A DNA stretch of 64,000 nucleotides from Balanoglossus misakiensis (Eukaryota; Animalia; Hemichordata), in NCBI GenBank assembly GCA_040954595.2, contig CM082584.2, positions 11,064,552-11,128,551 of the forward strand. Reading direction: 5' to 3'. The notes beneath the pieces were generated by a model. That model saw nothing but the letters and a program-made list of their open reading frames with translations, had not been told where the DNA came from and searched no databases. Positions 1 to 12,900 of the stretch are shown piece by piece. The position numbers and the translations under genes were made by a program. Each line of letters opens with the position of its first letter. Position 1 is the first letter of the stretch.

Positions 1-224
1 AGTTTAAAATCAATTGCTAAAAAGATCTAATATGACATTTACATTGAGCCCTGCTTCAAATGGTTTGCAGTGGTTGTAGCGCCTTCATGGCTCTGTTTAA
101 GGAATAAGGCCGCTCTCTTCTGACTTTCTCAGTGAATTTTGCTTAGAACAAAAGAAATGTACAGTTGTTTGACTACGGTAGTACTATAATAGAAACTCAT
201 TCTGTGAAGACTTCTCTGCCTTAC

Positions 225-1623
225 CTCATATATACAGCACTGGAATATGGTGAAGGATGTGACGGCCACAGCATGTAGTGTAAACACAACATCATTCAAC
301 TGGACTGGGTTGACACCGCGTGGATGAGATTCTTTGTATTCTGCCTGATATTAGAGGAAAAATAATCATGGAATGAAAGAGGAACGATTTCACATTCTCT
401 GTTCCTCTGCAGCTAGGCCACCACCAGTGACAGTCATTTTATAAATCTTGGTTCTCATTTGGCCAAGAGATAATGTCAATAGCAAAATCAGAGCATCCAC
501 TCATTCACCTTGAGAGTATCCGGCTTGTACTGTCACTTACCCACACTTCCGGAATCCAGTACATTCCCACATTGTAAAGGCAATATGCTATGAATCCAGT
601 CAGGTTGTATGACAGGAAATCGAAATTCAACCCAATAACACTGAAATAGACAACAGAAGGGTACTAATGACCAGCTGCTTTTCATCATGAGCCATATATC
701 CAATTCTCTTTAAACAGACTTTGTATACCTTCTATTAAGCTATGACCACAGTGCACGACTTTCCTTGGCAATGGAACAGGCAGGAAATTTTAACCAATTA
801 TGTGAATTTAAATTCATGAAAAAAATACACAAAGTTCCAGAAAATGGGGCTTTAACATTCAAACCAATGACTTTATCTGAAACACTCACCTTTTTCTTTT
901 GAAATTCAGATATATCTGTGGATAAAATGAGACTGACCATGCTGCAAAGTACATCCATCCAATGACATCTATCAAAATGTTCAACCATTCAACATGTACG
1001 ACTGATATGTGAACAAAGACATCTGATAACCTGCAATGTGAAATACACAATTAAAACACTAGTACGGATACTTGATTTATACTGTGTAGTACATTTCACA
1101 TACTTATGATTCCACAATTCTAAGATGCACAATTTTTCTTACTCTAGTTCTGTTGATGATGAATTGAAGTCTATGATGCATTCACCAGCATGGAAGGTCA
1201 TCACATGCAGCTCTGCTGATGCATTACTCTGTTCAGCTGGTAAAGTCACAGACTGGAAAGTAAAAGAAAACACACATCATGGCCTTCAAACATAACAAAA
1301 ACATTTGATGACCATCATAACATGGCTGAATCAAATTTCATCATTATCAGCAGCAGCTGTGACAGGCGATCAAGGACACTTTCCTTCATTCGAGAGAAAA
1401 ACTGTCATACATTTACCTCTTCAGTAAGATTGGCCACCCATGGTAAATTACTGGTGGGATAGATTTCCGCGGACTGTTGTAATGCTTGATTGACAGTTAT
1501 CTTGACAGTGTCCGAATTTCCTAGCTCGATGACAAGATCTCCCGGAGACACTTCCAAAATCGTCGTGTTTTGTTGATACGTCGAACGACAAAATTGTAGG
1601 ATGATCAAGAGTTTGAATAACAT
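225..1623 (-). CDS. CTNS: Cystinosin (lysosomal cystine/H+ symporter, PQ-loop), 5' part; gene continues beyond the left edge of the window
   Basis: Minus-strand exons 1417-1623, 1143-1252, 890-1030, 541-640, 225-344 with GT/AG ends and consistent phases. They encode a signal-peptide-like N-terminus and luminal domain, then [42 protein letters not shown]...[14 protein letters not shown], the characteristic first PQ-loop of cystinosin. Confidence 0.95.
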
Positions 1624-2054
1624 CTTGACGGGTTTGCGGTAAATGTCACAATAGTTGGGTCATCACAAGTTCGGAAATGGGACGAGACTGCACTGTCACG
1701 GTACGGACAATCAATCAATATTGTTTGGTGCAGCTGGCTATAGCTAGCAGACAACTGAATGATCAATGATCACATGACTTAGAGTCAGGTGACTGGTGTT
1801 CTATCTGCGCAGGTCTGTTTCAACAAATAAGTTTGCGGTAACATAACAATTTTACGATATCTGTAGCCATTGATTAAGCCTTATCATTTTAATACAACAA
1901 ATGAGTTGTTTAATTTATAAGAATTTGAGCTATAAAGTCTAGAATTCAAAACTGAGCTGCGCAGTGCTAGTGCGAGAGGAATGTGTATTTGCAGAGGATA
2001 CGTAAAAGGGTAAAACTGTCGCAAAAGGAAACATACAGGATTGCTTGTGGTAAC
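1624..2054. promoter_or_regulatory. Bidirectional promoter/5'UTR interval between CTNS and MRPL55
   Basis: Divergent ATGs at 1623 (-) and 2055 (+) are separated by only 431 bp, with more CpG than flanking introns. Confidence 0.7.
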
Positions 2055-2847
2055 ATGGCGAAAGGAACATGTATTGTGGGGTGAGTTATTCGCGATATTG
2101 GCAGTACACGTTTAATTAAATATGATACATAGTCTGCAGATCACTCTCTCGTGTATATTGTTTGTGGTGTTGAACTTTCCTTCCGTTACCATACCTGCAG
2201 CACCGTAGGCGTAGCTCGACTTTGCTTCATACTATCATTCTTATCATAGTCCCATGCTTACAAGTTACATCTTACTTCATCAAAAATTGCTTGTAGGGTC
2301 TCATCCATATTTAAGGAAGTTTGCAGATCTTGTCGAATGGTACAAGAACCATGGTTCCTGCCAGCAGCTTTGAGTAGCAGTCAGACTATGATTCCCCACA
2401 GACATGGCTCAAATCGATCTTCAGTTGCCATGACAAATCGCAAAGTGTATCCTCGTCTATACCCGTGCTTATTGGTCAATCCAGATGGATCAACCATCAG
2501 GATAAAATACTCTGAACCAAGAAAAATATTGAAGGTAAGAGTTAAAACCCCAGAAGGTATTTTTGGGTTGTACTTGAAGCAGAATGAACGTTAAATTTTC
2601 ATTATCAGTGTTCAAGATGCAGAATGTATAGACACGTTACTGATGCCCATGTTGTTACACATCATAATGCAATTCTGTAAATAATGTCCTGTTCTTGCAG
2701 TTTCCATTGGACTTGAACACACTCACGGCAGAGCAGAAAAAAGCCAGACTGGTGAAATTTCAACCCAAGAAGAAACTCATATCAGATGATGACATTGAAG
2801 ACGATTTCAGTGTAGATGACTACAGCCATCTGTGGAAAAAGAAGTAA
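2055..2847 (+). CDS. MRPL55: Mitochondrial ribosomal protein L55 (bL31m)
   Basis: Exons 2055-2080, 2297-2534, 2701-2847. Protein contains NRSSVAMTNRKVYPRLYPCLLVNPDGSTIRIKYSEPRKILKFPLDLNTLTAEQKKARL...DDIEDDFSVDDYSHLWKKK*, matching the MRPL55 signature. ATTAAA near 2992. Confidence 0.93.
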
Positions 2848-3572
2848 CTGGTTACCGGAAATCTGCAGGAGTTGGGGACTTTATTTAAGAGCCTGGAGAT
2901 AATCGTGGCCATCATAGTTTTCATAAGATTCAATTCCACAATTCCCTTTCTGAACTTTGATGAAAATATATGTGTTTTGTATTTTTATGGAATTAAAATA
3001 CTCAGTTCATAAGAGTGATCAAAATTATTTAATGACTTCTTCAACATGTTCACATTTCTTGGGATGTCCAATGTAGACGCTCCAGACAATTTACCTTGAC
3101 CAAGTTTACTAATTACCGTCACCCTACCCCTTTCAGCTTATTTTCTGTAATAAATGGAGGCATCGTAGCAAGACCATACACAGTATACAACGCGATTGGC
3201 ATGGGCACGTCGATACCACATCAACCCATAGCATGGAGAAGTAGCTTTTACATTTCAAAATATGGCACCGTGGTTTCAAACACAGTTATTAATAGACATT
3301 TTTACCTGCCACTTTTCGGCTCTGAGAATTCCTGGTATCTGTTTCATGCCAAGGGCTAAAGCTGGTTTCGCCATATATAGTATTCAGGCATGTTCTTCGA
3401 TGAATATTTTCGTTCTATTTCTAGGTTCCTGTATTTTGCTACTTTTACCGGTATGTCCGTACTTAAACCAGGCGCGGTAGCGTAGGCACACGTAGTACAC
3501 GTATCGCACCGTGCAGTGTGTAGTGCAAAAAAGCATTTGCAAGATATAGTCACTTAGCAACAGCGGAAGAAG

Positions 3573-6109
3573 ATGAAAGTTACTACTGGATTTTTGCGTT
3601 GCCTTGGTATTCTGTGTGCCGCTTCGACTGTCCTGTTTTTGATGTATATTCTGAGTAAGTCACGAAAGCTTACTGATATATTTGAGAGACATTTCCGTGA
3701 AATTCGCTGACTGTTTGTAGGGACATTCATGCAAAAAATCCATTTCCCCCAAAATTTGTGTGATCTATAAAGTGTACATGGTTTATTCCCGTGTACAGAT
3801 GTCTCCTGTTGTCTTTCTTGTTAGGCCTATTCCATCTATATATCCGGCATCTCTGCTCATTTATCTAGCTTCTAGCTTCTTTCTTTGATTTCTTACATTT
3901 CTTGTGTGTTAATTGTGTAATCCAGGCAGGCGATCTCCTGATGGAAAATCCACTTCACTATCGGTAGGTGATGCGTCAGTTACTTTGAAAAAAAAATTGA
4001 TGGAACAAGCTACCGCCTTGTTTCAGAAACTGTGGGGGTTTGCTCTTTTTTAGCAGTAGCAAACTTGTCCCTATAATGCAACCGGTGGTCGTACATCCAC
4101 CCGGACTCTCACAAACTACAAAAATAGCAATCTGGGAATAGTAATATTTGATATCATTTCAACAAGTAATAATTTACCACCAACATCGGGAAATCATGAA
4201 CGGTACAATGACAACGTGACGAGCAGAATTTTGGAGACAATTTAGATTGAAGACTTAAAATTCTTTCCTTGTTCAAAGACAATGGAAGTACAGTCGGGCA
4301 GCAAAACCCGTAACCATGCTAAAGCGATGGGACAAAGAGAAGATGATCAAAGCGATGCAGCTGACAGACGACGAAAGACAATGGAAGGAAGACGAAAATA
4401 CAACCGAGACGATTACAACATTCTGAAAACGCTTGATGGCGGCGAACACGGTCCCTGTTTGCGCCAACGATTCCTAGATGCCATCAACACACCTACAGAT
4501 GCTTTCACTGATCTATTCACTTATGAGGAGGCGGCTTCTCTCCTGTTGGACATGTTATCATCAGTAGGATACAGTTGCTATGACAGTCGGAGAATGGGTA
4601 CTCCGTTACCCGGAGACAGTGGCTACGATGTATGCATGGATGTCGGCATCACACCCGGGCATTGCATCGTATATTCTATTGGGTCAGTAGTTTACCCTCT
4701 TCCTTGTCAATCATCTCTCATGACAACTTTCGTTTCTTTGTATATATTATATTTTAATTCATGTAAGTCATGTCCAGAGTCAGTGTGCGCATAAAAAGTA
4801 TGTTAATTGTCTTTTTCATCGCAGGACGAGAGATTTGTGGTCATTCGATGACGCAATGGCGGAATTTGGTTGCAACGTATTTTGCTTTGATCCACTGTAA
4901 GTGCGCATCCTTTCCCATACTGATACCTCAATTCAATAAAGATAATGCAAAAGAGGTTGATACCAACACTCATCAAAACTGCCATTGCCAGACCTCAGCA
5001 GTATTTCGTTGAAATCTACCAAAGTCTCAGGCAGTCAGTCTTCTGCGCACGTGTGGTGAATGGATTCCCACATACAACCCCCACACTGCAGTAAATCCCA
5101 TAATTTGTCCCGATTTCAAGCCTATCTATGTCTTCGACGATACATTCTATCGGTGTCATCTTTCTTTTACATAATCCACTTCAGTAATGGTCTGAAAGAA
5201 CACCAGCGTTCGGAGCGGGTGATGTTTTACGACATTGGACTCTGCGGTGAAGATGACGATCAGCGCAAGTTTGTTGGATATGATGAGCCCGTTAAATGTA
5301 GAACTCTGGAATCGCTGAAGAAGATGCTACACCACGAAAAGGTGAGGAAACTTATTCCGACAAACGGCTGTACAGGTCGGGTACCAACAAGAAAGAAAAA
5401 AGACAGAAAGACAGAAACAAACAAACAAATAAGGACATAGACTGTTGACAGACATGAAGGCGGACGGGCAGGCAGACGTGACAGGTAGGAAAGCAAGTAC
5501 ACGCCCATGCAAAAGACAGAAGAATAGACGAGACGGACGGCTAACTGGCTGAATATAGATAGACAGATAGATAGAAAAAGATACACAGGTAGACAGGCAG
5601 GCATTTAGACACACATGTAGGCTATCATGCACAACACACATATATTGATTGATAGATCGATATTAATTACATATTAGATGGATGGATGGATAGATGCAGA
5701 GATATAGGCTTATATCGATAGATAGGTATGTAGATACTAGTAGGTGAAGAGTACAAATGTAAACTATTGCAAATGTTTGTTGCAGCATGTGCTTGACGTT
5801 CTCAAGATGGACATAGAGGAAAGCGAATTTGAATGCTTACCGCAGATAATTGAGAGCGGCGTGTTGTCCACCGTCAAACAAGTCGTCTTCGAACTCCACT
5901 TGTGGAAGCCGCATGTTGTTGGACGAGTATTCGAGATCTGTCAATACCTCGGCGCCCTGCAACACAAGTGGGGCTTCGAGTTGTTTTATACCCGCGAGGT
6001 TTACATGAAGACGCATCTGAGACATAAATTTGGAGAGACTCTCGGTGAACTGGACACAAATTTTGAGATTGGTTGGGTGAACACGAAATTTCTACAGCCC
6101 AGACCTTAA
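3573..6109 (+). CDS. METTL24-like (FkbM/Methyltransf_22-type) methyltransferase with N-terminal signal anchor
   Basis: Exons 3573-3654, 3926-3963, 4279-4682, 4825-4896, 5185-5341, 5786-6109, phases consistent. Hydrophobic N-terminus, then motifs GYDVCMD, CIVYSIG, WSFDDAMAEFGCNVFCFDP, LDVLKMDIEESEF and VKQVVFELH typical of METTL24-family proteins. The family is often expanded in invertebrates, so no symbol is assigned. Confidence 0.85.
5390..5740 (+). repeat. Degenerate (GACA)n/(GATA)n/(GATG)n tetranucleotide microsatellite region in an intron of the METTL24-like gene
   Basis: Runs such as gatagacagatagatag, gacaggcaggca, gatggatggatggatagat. Confidence 0.8.
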
Positions 6110-6990
6110 AAGTCCAACCTCTATGCCAAATTTAGTTCCAAGTGACATACATCAGATAATTTGTCTGACAAGATTGTGCAATGTCCTCAAAAAGTGGCTG
6201 TGGCAACTCTTCTGCATAATTAGTTTTCACTTTACATATTACTTTCACTTATCTTAAACTCCTAAAACATTTTACATAGCATATGTGCAGTTTCCTTTGA
6301 CCAAACTCAATAAATCGACATTATAGTATTAGATTACAGGCTTCTTGTGACTTCATCTGTAAACAAATTGACACACTCCATTGCGAAAAAGCACATGCTA
6401 TCCATAGTAACTGTCTTGTCTAACCGATTGGTACATGTACTGAGTTGGGAAAAAATGTCTGGCCACCATGAACAGCCATCCATACCCAATCGTAAACAGT
6501 TAGGCATTGAATGATCGTTTCTAGTAGGTTCTGAAGAGTATTATTGTCGAACGTACGGAAAGGGAACAGATGATTTACATGTAAATATTGTTCTTCATAG
6601 TGAGTGTCTTGGAGTGAAAAGGTAAAAGAAATATAGCGCTTGTCTTCGTTACTATTTCCATTGCGCTGCGGCTCTGATATCGATAGTGCCTTCTGATTTG
6701 CTGAAACTTTGAGGTCAAAGGTTAAATGCGCATTAATATATATTTGGCCTCATCTCGCAACTTTTCTCATGAAAAGGCGCTAAGTCAAGTCGGATACAGA
6801 AAAATGGCCGTTTTGTTATTATTTGGGGTTAATTTTTTAATTTTAAGTGTAGTATCGACCCCGCAACTGATTTTTCATTTAAAAACCAGGGCCTATATTA
6901 TTGCGGATGGAAACAAATCACGCTGTACATCGGTCGGCACAACTTCTTTGAAGTTTTGTATACACTCAGTTACCACAAGATGGCGTAACT

Positions 6991-9900
6991 ATGAGAATCT
7001 CCAGCCAGGTAAATACAAGGTGTTACGCTTGTTTCACGGTCCGATCAGCACTAATTTTACCCCCGATCTAACACCGTTTGCTTCTTCTTGCAGCTTCTCC
7101 GTTCTCGGGCCAAAGGGCCGCTCCAGTCGGCCGAGTTCATTGACTTGTCGAACTTGGACATAGGTAAGTGGATCGTTGGTCGTGGATAGGAAATGTACAC
7201 TGTCAGTCAGGTTGTCGGTATGGAGGTGTCACTTTGCAATCCTTGGGTTACACGTTGCTTCGTTGTTATGATTCTCCGAACTTGCTGTTTACTTCGTAGT
7301 GGCCATAGAGAGACTTGGTCAGTGTCAAAAGCTCCAAACTTTGCTGCTACGTGATAACTGCATCGGTGCTGTCGACAACCTGTCATCATGTTCCCAGCTG
7401 TGGAAACTGGATCTGAGCAACAACAGGGTAAGTCTTGATTTACGATCATTATGTTTTCGAGGTCTGTGGTTTTAACTTGTTGTGTGACACAAACCAATGG
7501 TCTCGGAAACGGCATTACATATATGTTAACCAGAAGGCTGGTAACATGTTGCCAAAGAGGTACCAGCTGACGATCTATGGGAATACAGGTAGCCAACGCC
7601 TCGCGCTGCAATATACCTGTGGATCCACAGCTGATCTTGTTGTTGAAGCCTTCGTCATATGCAGACATAGGGTCAATCCAAAGCTGGAGTGATCGTGGCT
7701 GACATAGCTTCACTTGCAGCAAAAGAAAAAATATTTGCCAGGGGACAGAGATGGAATAAAAACAGTCAACGTAGTCAATGGTACTTCTGTTACCTTTACT
7801 CATACTGCATTATTAAGGGATCTGGTGTATCCAAGATGTAAGATACACCAGGTCCATTAAGTATCAGTATAAGTAAAGTATATGTGCTATGGAAATAATT
7901 TCAATGAGATGCCATAGCTGCAGTGAAACCTAATGAAAAATTCAGTAAAAGGACTTTTTGATATGAATAGTGTGATTACCCTCAAGCTAAAGTGAATGTC
8001 TAACAAAAGATGGAAATGTCTTCAGTGGACTTGTGATAAAGAGAAGATTGAAGTATTATATCAATTAAAAAACATAATAAAAGTGGAAGCTATTGGGGTT
8101 ATAGGGGTGGAATGGTTTGAAATAGCGTGTTTTGGGGATTTGTTTGTTGCATTGAGTCAGTCTACATCACTGAAAAGCTCAGATTAGCTTGAGAGACATA
8201 ACGATTACAAAATGTTATATACAGTCACGTTCTTGTTGGCTTTATGTCCGTTTGAAAAACACGCTAATAAAAGGGAAATACCGGCAACGCCTGTTAACGG
8301 AGAGTTGCATGACGATTTTAATCGGTGTAGCTCAACAGCTTTTATTAAAATTCAATGACGATTCGATGACTTGTTTGAAGGAGAAGTAACATTATACGGG
8401 AGCCTCCCTTGTTAAGTATTCAATTTCAAACGGCAATAGAAATCCAAAGTAACTGTCTACAGGCTTTTGAACTGGGCGCACAACTACAGCGCATTCTTTC
8501 ATATTTCTTCTTTGGAGACGAAAGTGATAGTCAATAGATAGTCTCTGCCTGCGAAATAATGATGTTGTGATAACGTGAGGTGGTTTATATGGTGCTAATC
8601 ATGATATGATTACTATGGTGATGTTTGCTATCATCAACAGAAAAAAATGAGGGTGAAGTTTGACAGTAAGCGTGATGCTGACTCAAATTTAAATTTAATT
8701 CCTTGATAATTTAAAAGTTAAAAAAAAGGGTATCTGAAGCATTGCTTGGCATTGTGATGCACATATTCTACTGAAACCCAAGATGCCTTGGTGATGTTAA
8801 TCAATCTTGGCCATTGGAGTCTGCGAGAAATAATTGCAGTCTTCATGGCAGGTTCCCTAAGAATGCACAGTCGCCTGTGATAATATAACGTAATATCCAA
8901 TCTATAAAGGTAAAAAGCAACAATATGATCACTGATGGTACCCTGTCCTCATTGTTCTGTGTGGTTCATTCATTGCTGGGTTACTCCGAATAACGCAGGA
9001 ACAATAACTGTTGTGTGCTGTGGTGGATCAAAAATTCACCTCTCTGTGGAGTTACTTGGCAACATCCTCACGAAGGGTCATACACACAGTTGCAAACTGG
9101 CGTGGCAATCCAAGAGTGGTTTGTGCACTTTGCAAAATACGACAAGGTCATTCCTGTGACCTATAGATTCAAGTAAAATGTTCTTGTACAAATTCAGTAT
9201 ACATTTTTGTACTGTGGAGGATGTTGTGTCCTAGAGAAAGCAATGTTTTCAAAACTGAGAATAAAAATCCCGTTCTTTTCATTTTATCAATTAAAAAGGT
9301 TATCTGCATGACCAAAACTATTGTACACCTTGACATGTTAATTAATGTCACTGTGATGGAAAGTCTTCACCGGATATTGATTTCAGCATCCATTCTGCAT
9401 TGTTTTGTCTAGGGGCTTGTCTTTAGCTTGGAAATGCTGTAATTGTCCACCCTTTCATGCCTTTGTGAAATGACAGATCAATAACAGACTGTACATCCTA
9501 TGCATCCTTGGTGTGGTAACAGTTTTAGACAGTAAACCTTCATATTCAAAGGAGAAATCATTGTGAACGAAGTGAAAAGTACTGTTCTTTAAACAACATA
9601 TTAAATAGCAGTCAACATTATGGTTGAGCGTAACTCCAACAGGTGGTTGCAGTGGGCACTTTTAGTTTATAGGGCATGGATCCCTGTGAATTTAGCATGA
9701 CATGATTTCATAGTGAGTTGGAGGGCTTGAAATGAGGAGATTCAACAGGTGGTTGAACCAAGATTGATGAATAGTGTGTTAGACAGGGGGTAACAGTGGT
9801 GGAGTGGCTGTGCACTTGCTTGATCCATGGTATGTAGATGTTACCATGGTGATCACAAAGATGGCAGCCATGGACTAAAACAATGATTTAATTGGCTGAA

Positions 9901-12900
9901 GTTTTACCCCTGCAGCATCAACCAGCCAATTATGATGTTGGTAGAGTCAGCCAGGTATCTGTAAAGTTGCCTGTTGATTGAATAGTCTGGAGTTGTTTGC
10001 AGGGCTCAGATTGATAGACAATGGCTCGATGTTTGCCCTGCAACTCAGGAATGGCTGTTTATATAGGAACTCTCAAAAGTGGACTTTGATTACATCTGAT
10101 TTGCGTTCAAAGCAAATACAACTGTTCGAAATTTCCAAACATCCCCATGTGCTGAAAACATCTACTTGTTGCCTCCAAAGCAGGTCTAAGTAAACTGAAA
10201 ATCTGATATGCCAATTGATGATCACGTTCATGATGTATTTTATATACCTCTCTTTGAAACATGTATGGCATTATTGTGTTCAATTGTTTTTAATTTGCAC
10301 TGTGTATTTCTGAAAATAATGGTACAAGATGCCAATGTTGTTGATTGTTGAAAAACCCTACACCAGCTGATGAGAGAATACATTATTTGAACATCGAGGT
10401 GGTCTTCCTCTGGTAACATGGTCTGTCTGTTTAGTACAGTGATGTTTCGTGTTTGTCAAATGCCTGCAGATATTATCAAAGGTAGCATTGTGCCTGTTTC
10501 AGTATCCCCAGGGGAATTTCTTTGATCACCCAAGCCATTGTCACCACCATTTGAGAACATGGTGGGTCTCTTCAATTATTTAGCCTACACCCATTGTGTC
10601 TGAAATGCTTTGTTTGTTTCGAGTGACACCAAGAGTTGCACTCTGAAATACATAGCTGTCATTACGGCATGTGTTTGGATCGAAAAGTCAGTGTTTTTTG
10701 CCATGTTGGAAGCAACTTATTCAGAATTACTGGCTATCAAAATCAGGAACACATGCAAGATAAGGATAGTGATTAGATAAATTAAATTAAATTAAATGAT
10801 AAGAGAGGATTGAATATAATAGGATAAGGCAAGTGAGTATGTAATGTTTCCTGATTGGAAATCCAGAAACGGAACACAGTTTTATACATAGACAAAGTAA
10901 TGAAAGAATATTTGGACTCGCTGTTTATACACAACAAATGATTGGTTCATGTACATGTGTTACAAAATAGACTGCATGCAAACTCTGTAACCTATAATTC
11001 TGTCTTCCACTTGCAGATAAGCTGTCTAGATGGCCTGTCCAGGTTTGTTGCCATGGGTTCTCTCATACTCTCTAACAACGGCCTCAGCTGGCAGGAACTC
11101 ATTAAGATCCGACACATGCACATTCTAGATCTGAGTCTCCATGGAAACCCAAAACTCGAAAGAGACCCATATTGTAAGTATTATAGAATTTAAAAAAAAT
11201 TGTATTCCTAAAGTTCTGGCCATTTATTTAATGGGGATTTGGAATACAATAAAAGTTTGTTATCATGCAAATGTTATCTAAGATATATAATATAATTGTT
11301 CCTCATGCTTTAACGGAACTCAAAGTCTATGATTGATGTTTGTGATTTCTAGTGGTCAATTAAATCATAGTGAAGGCTATATATAATTCAGCTGAATGGT
11401 ATAATTGTATATAATTTATATTGGGGGTTAGCAGGTCATTACTCCTCCCTACTTTTAAAAGGTACTAGATTTTATGATTTGAAAAACAAACAGGTTTCCA
11501 ACAACAGAAAATAAACAGTTATGGAGTAAAAGGTCTAAATCTGTCTCATTGAAAACAGACCAATTTTGGGAAGTTTAATGCTATCAAGATTTGATAATGT
11601 ATTGTTGTGTTAGATTTTAAAAGGCCACCAAATAATTGTTATGTTTTTGTGTACCTGTAACTAAGCCGAGCCTCTTGTCCAAGTACTAATGTTTGGCGAG
11701 TAACATATCCACATTGAATAATGAATCTATTTGTCTTTCAATGTCCCAGCTGCATGGATTATACCTGCAGTCTCTCTAACTTTGAAATGTCTTGAATCAA
11801 GGACAATGTACCTGTGACTGCATAGTGCGTTCACAGTACACCCTTTTCTGTAAGTTGTCAAGGGCGTAACAAAGACCGACTGGTATTCAATATACAGGTA
11901 TAAACACCGGGCGAGACATGCCACTACACTGCCTTAGCCGTCCAATTCAATACACTTTGACCCCCTATTCAGCAGTCAAGTAGATTTGGCCTGCGCATAG
12001 CTGTACTTTGCCAATATTGACAAGATCTCGTAAGTTTGATCAATTGTGTATATGTATACGTACACAGAATACATGATGTTCACATTGGCTAGTGGACGTG
12101 TGTTTTAAATTGGAAATTTTCAGATAGACTCAACCTGTTTTGACCCTGTTGAATGGTAAAGGATTGCCACATGACAAAAGCATTTAATAATACACACTTT
12201 CATACAGTGTAGAATCAAATATATGATTTTTCTAAATTAAAACCGGCTAGCTTTTTCAGCCCGTCTTAGAATTTGTGCCGTCACTCAGTCTGGACCCGTT
12301 TTATCATAAACTGTTCATTAAGTACCCAGAGTGGACCAGATTAGTTTCCACACGCAGACATTCCTGTGTTTTACTGCTCTGCGAGTGACCTTCATTCGCG
12401 GGTGTAGTCGAGAGTCGTAATTCTCTCAGCGCCTGCCATTGTTGGTCGCCAACCAGCACAAAAGAAACCATCATCGGACTCTGATTGCCGTGTCCCCAGC
12501 CGGGACAAGAGACCCTGATACGGGAGATAATAGAATTTATTACAAAGTGGTGGTCTGTGAGGAAATAAAGCATCAAGTGCTTCTATACAAGTTTTTAGTA
12601 GAAGAGTGAAGTGTCCTTTTTTAGCCCATCACAGACTTATCAGTGGTGTCAGGCATTGTCCTGAAACAAAAAGTCCGACTGAAGGAAAAGGACATAAAAG
12701 TTTAAGTTCAGGTTCAGTAACTTGTAATTGGCTATTTGAACAATAAATTTGGGGATAATTAACAGCCATATATATTACACACACCTTTTCCATTATGTTA
12801 CAGATCGGATACATGTCATCGACTGTCTTCCAAATGTCTGGATGCTGGATGGTAGAATTATTACAAGTATGTGAGATTTCATGATTAGTATCAGAAAGAC

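Noticed and set aside
7207-7803. 198-aa minus-strand ORF
   Set aside because: Partly the antisense shadow of LRR exon 7300-7427; no recognisable motifs or convincing gene structure.
10215-10313. Possible C/D box snoRNA (TGATGA...CTGA)
   Set aside because: Non-consensus box C context, no clear terminal stem and no recognisable rRNA-antisense element.
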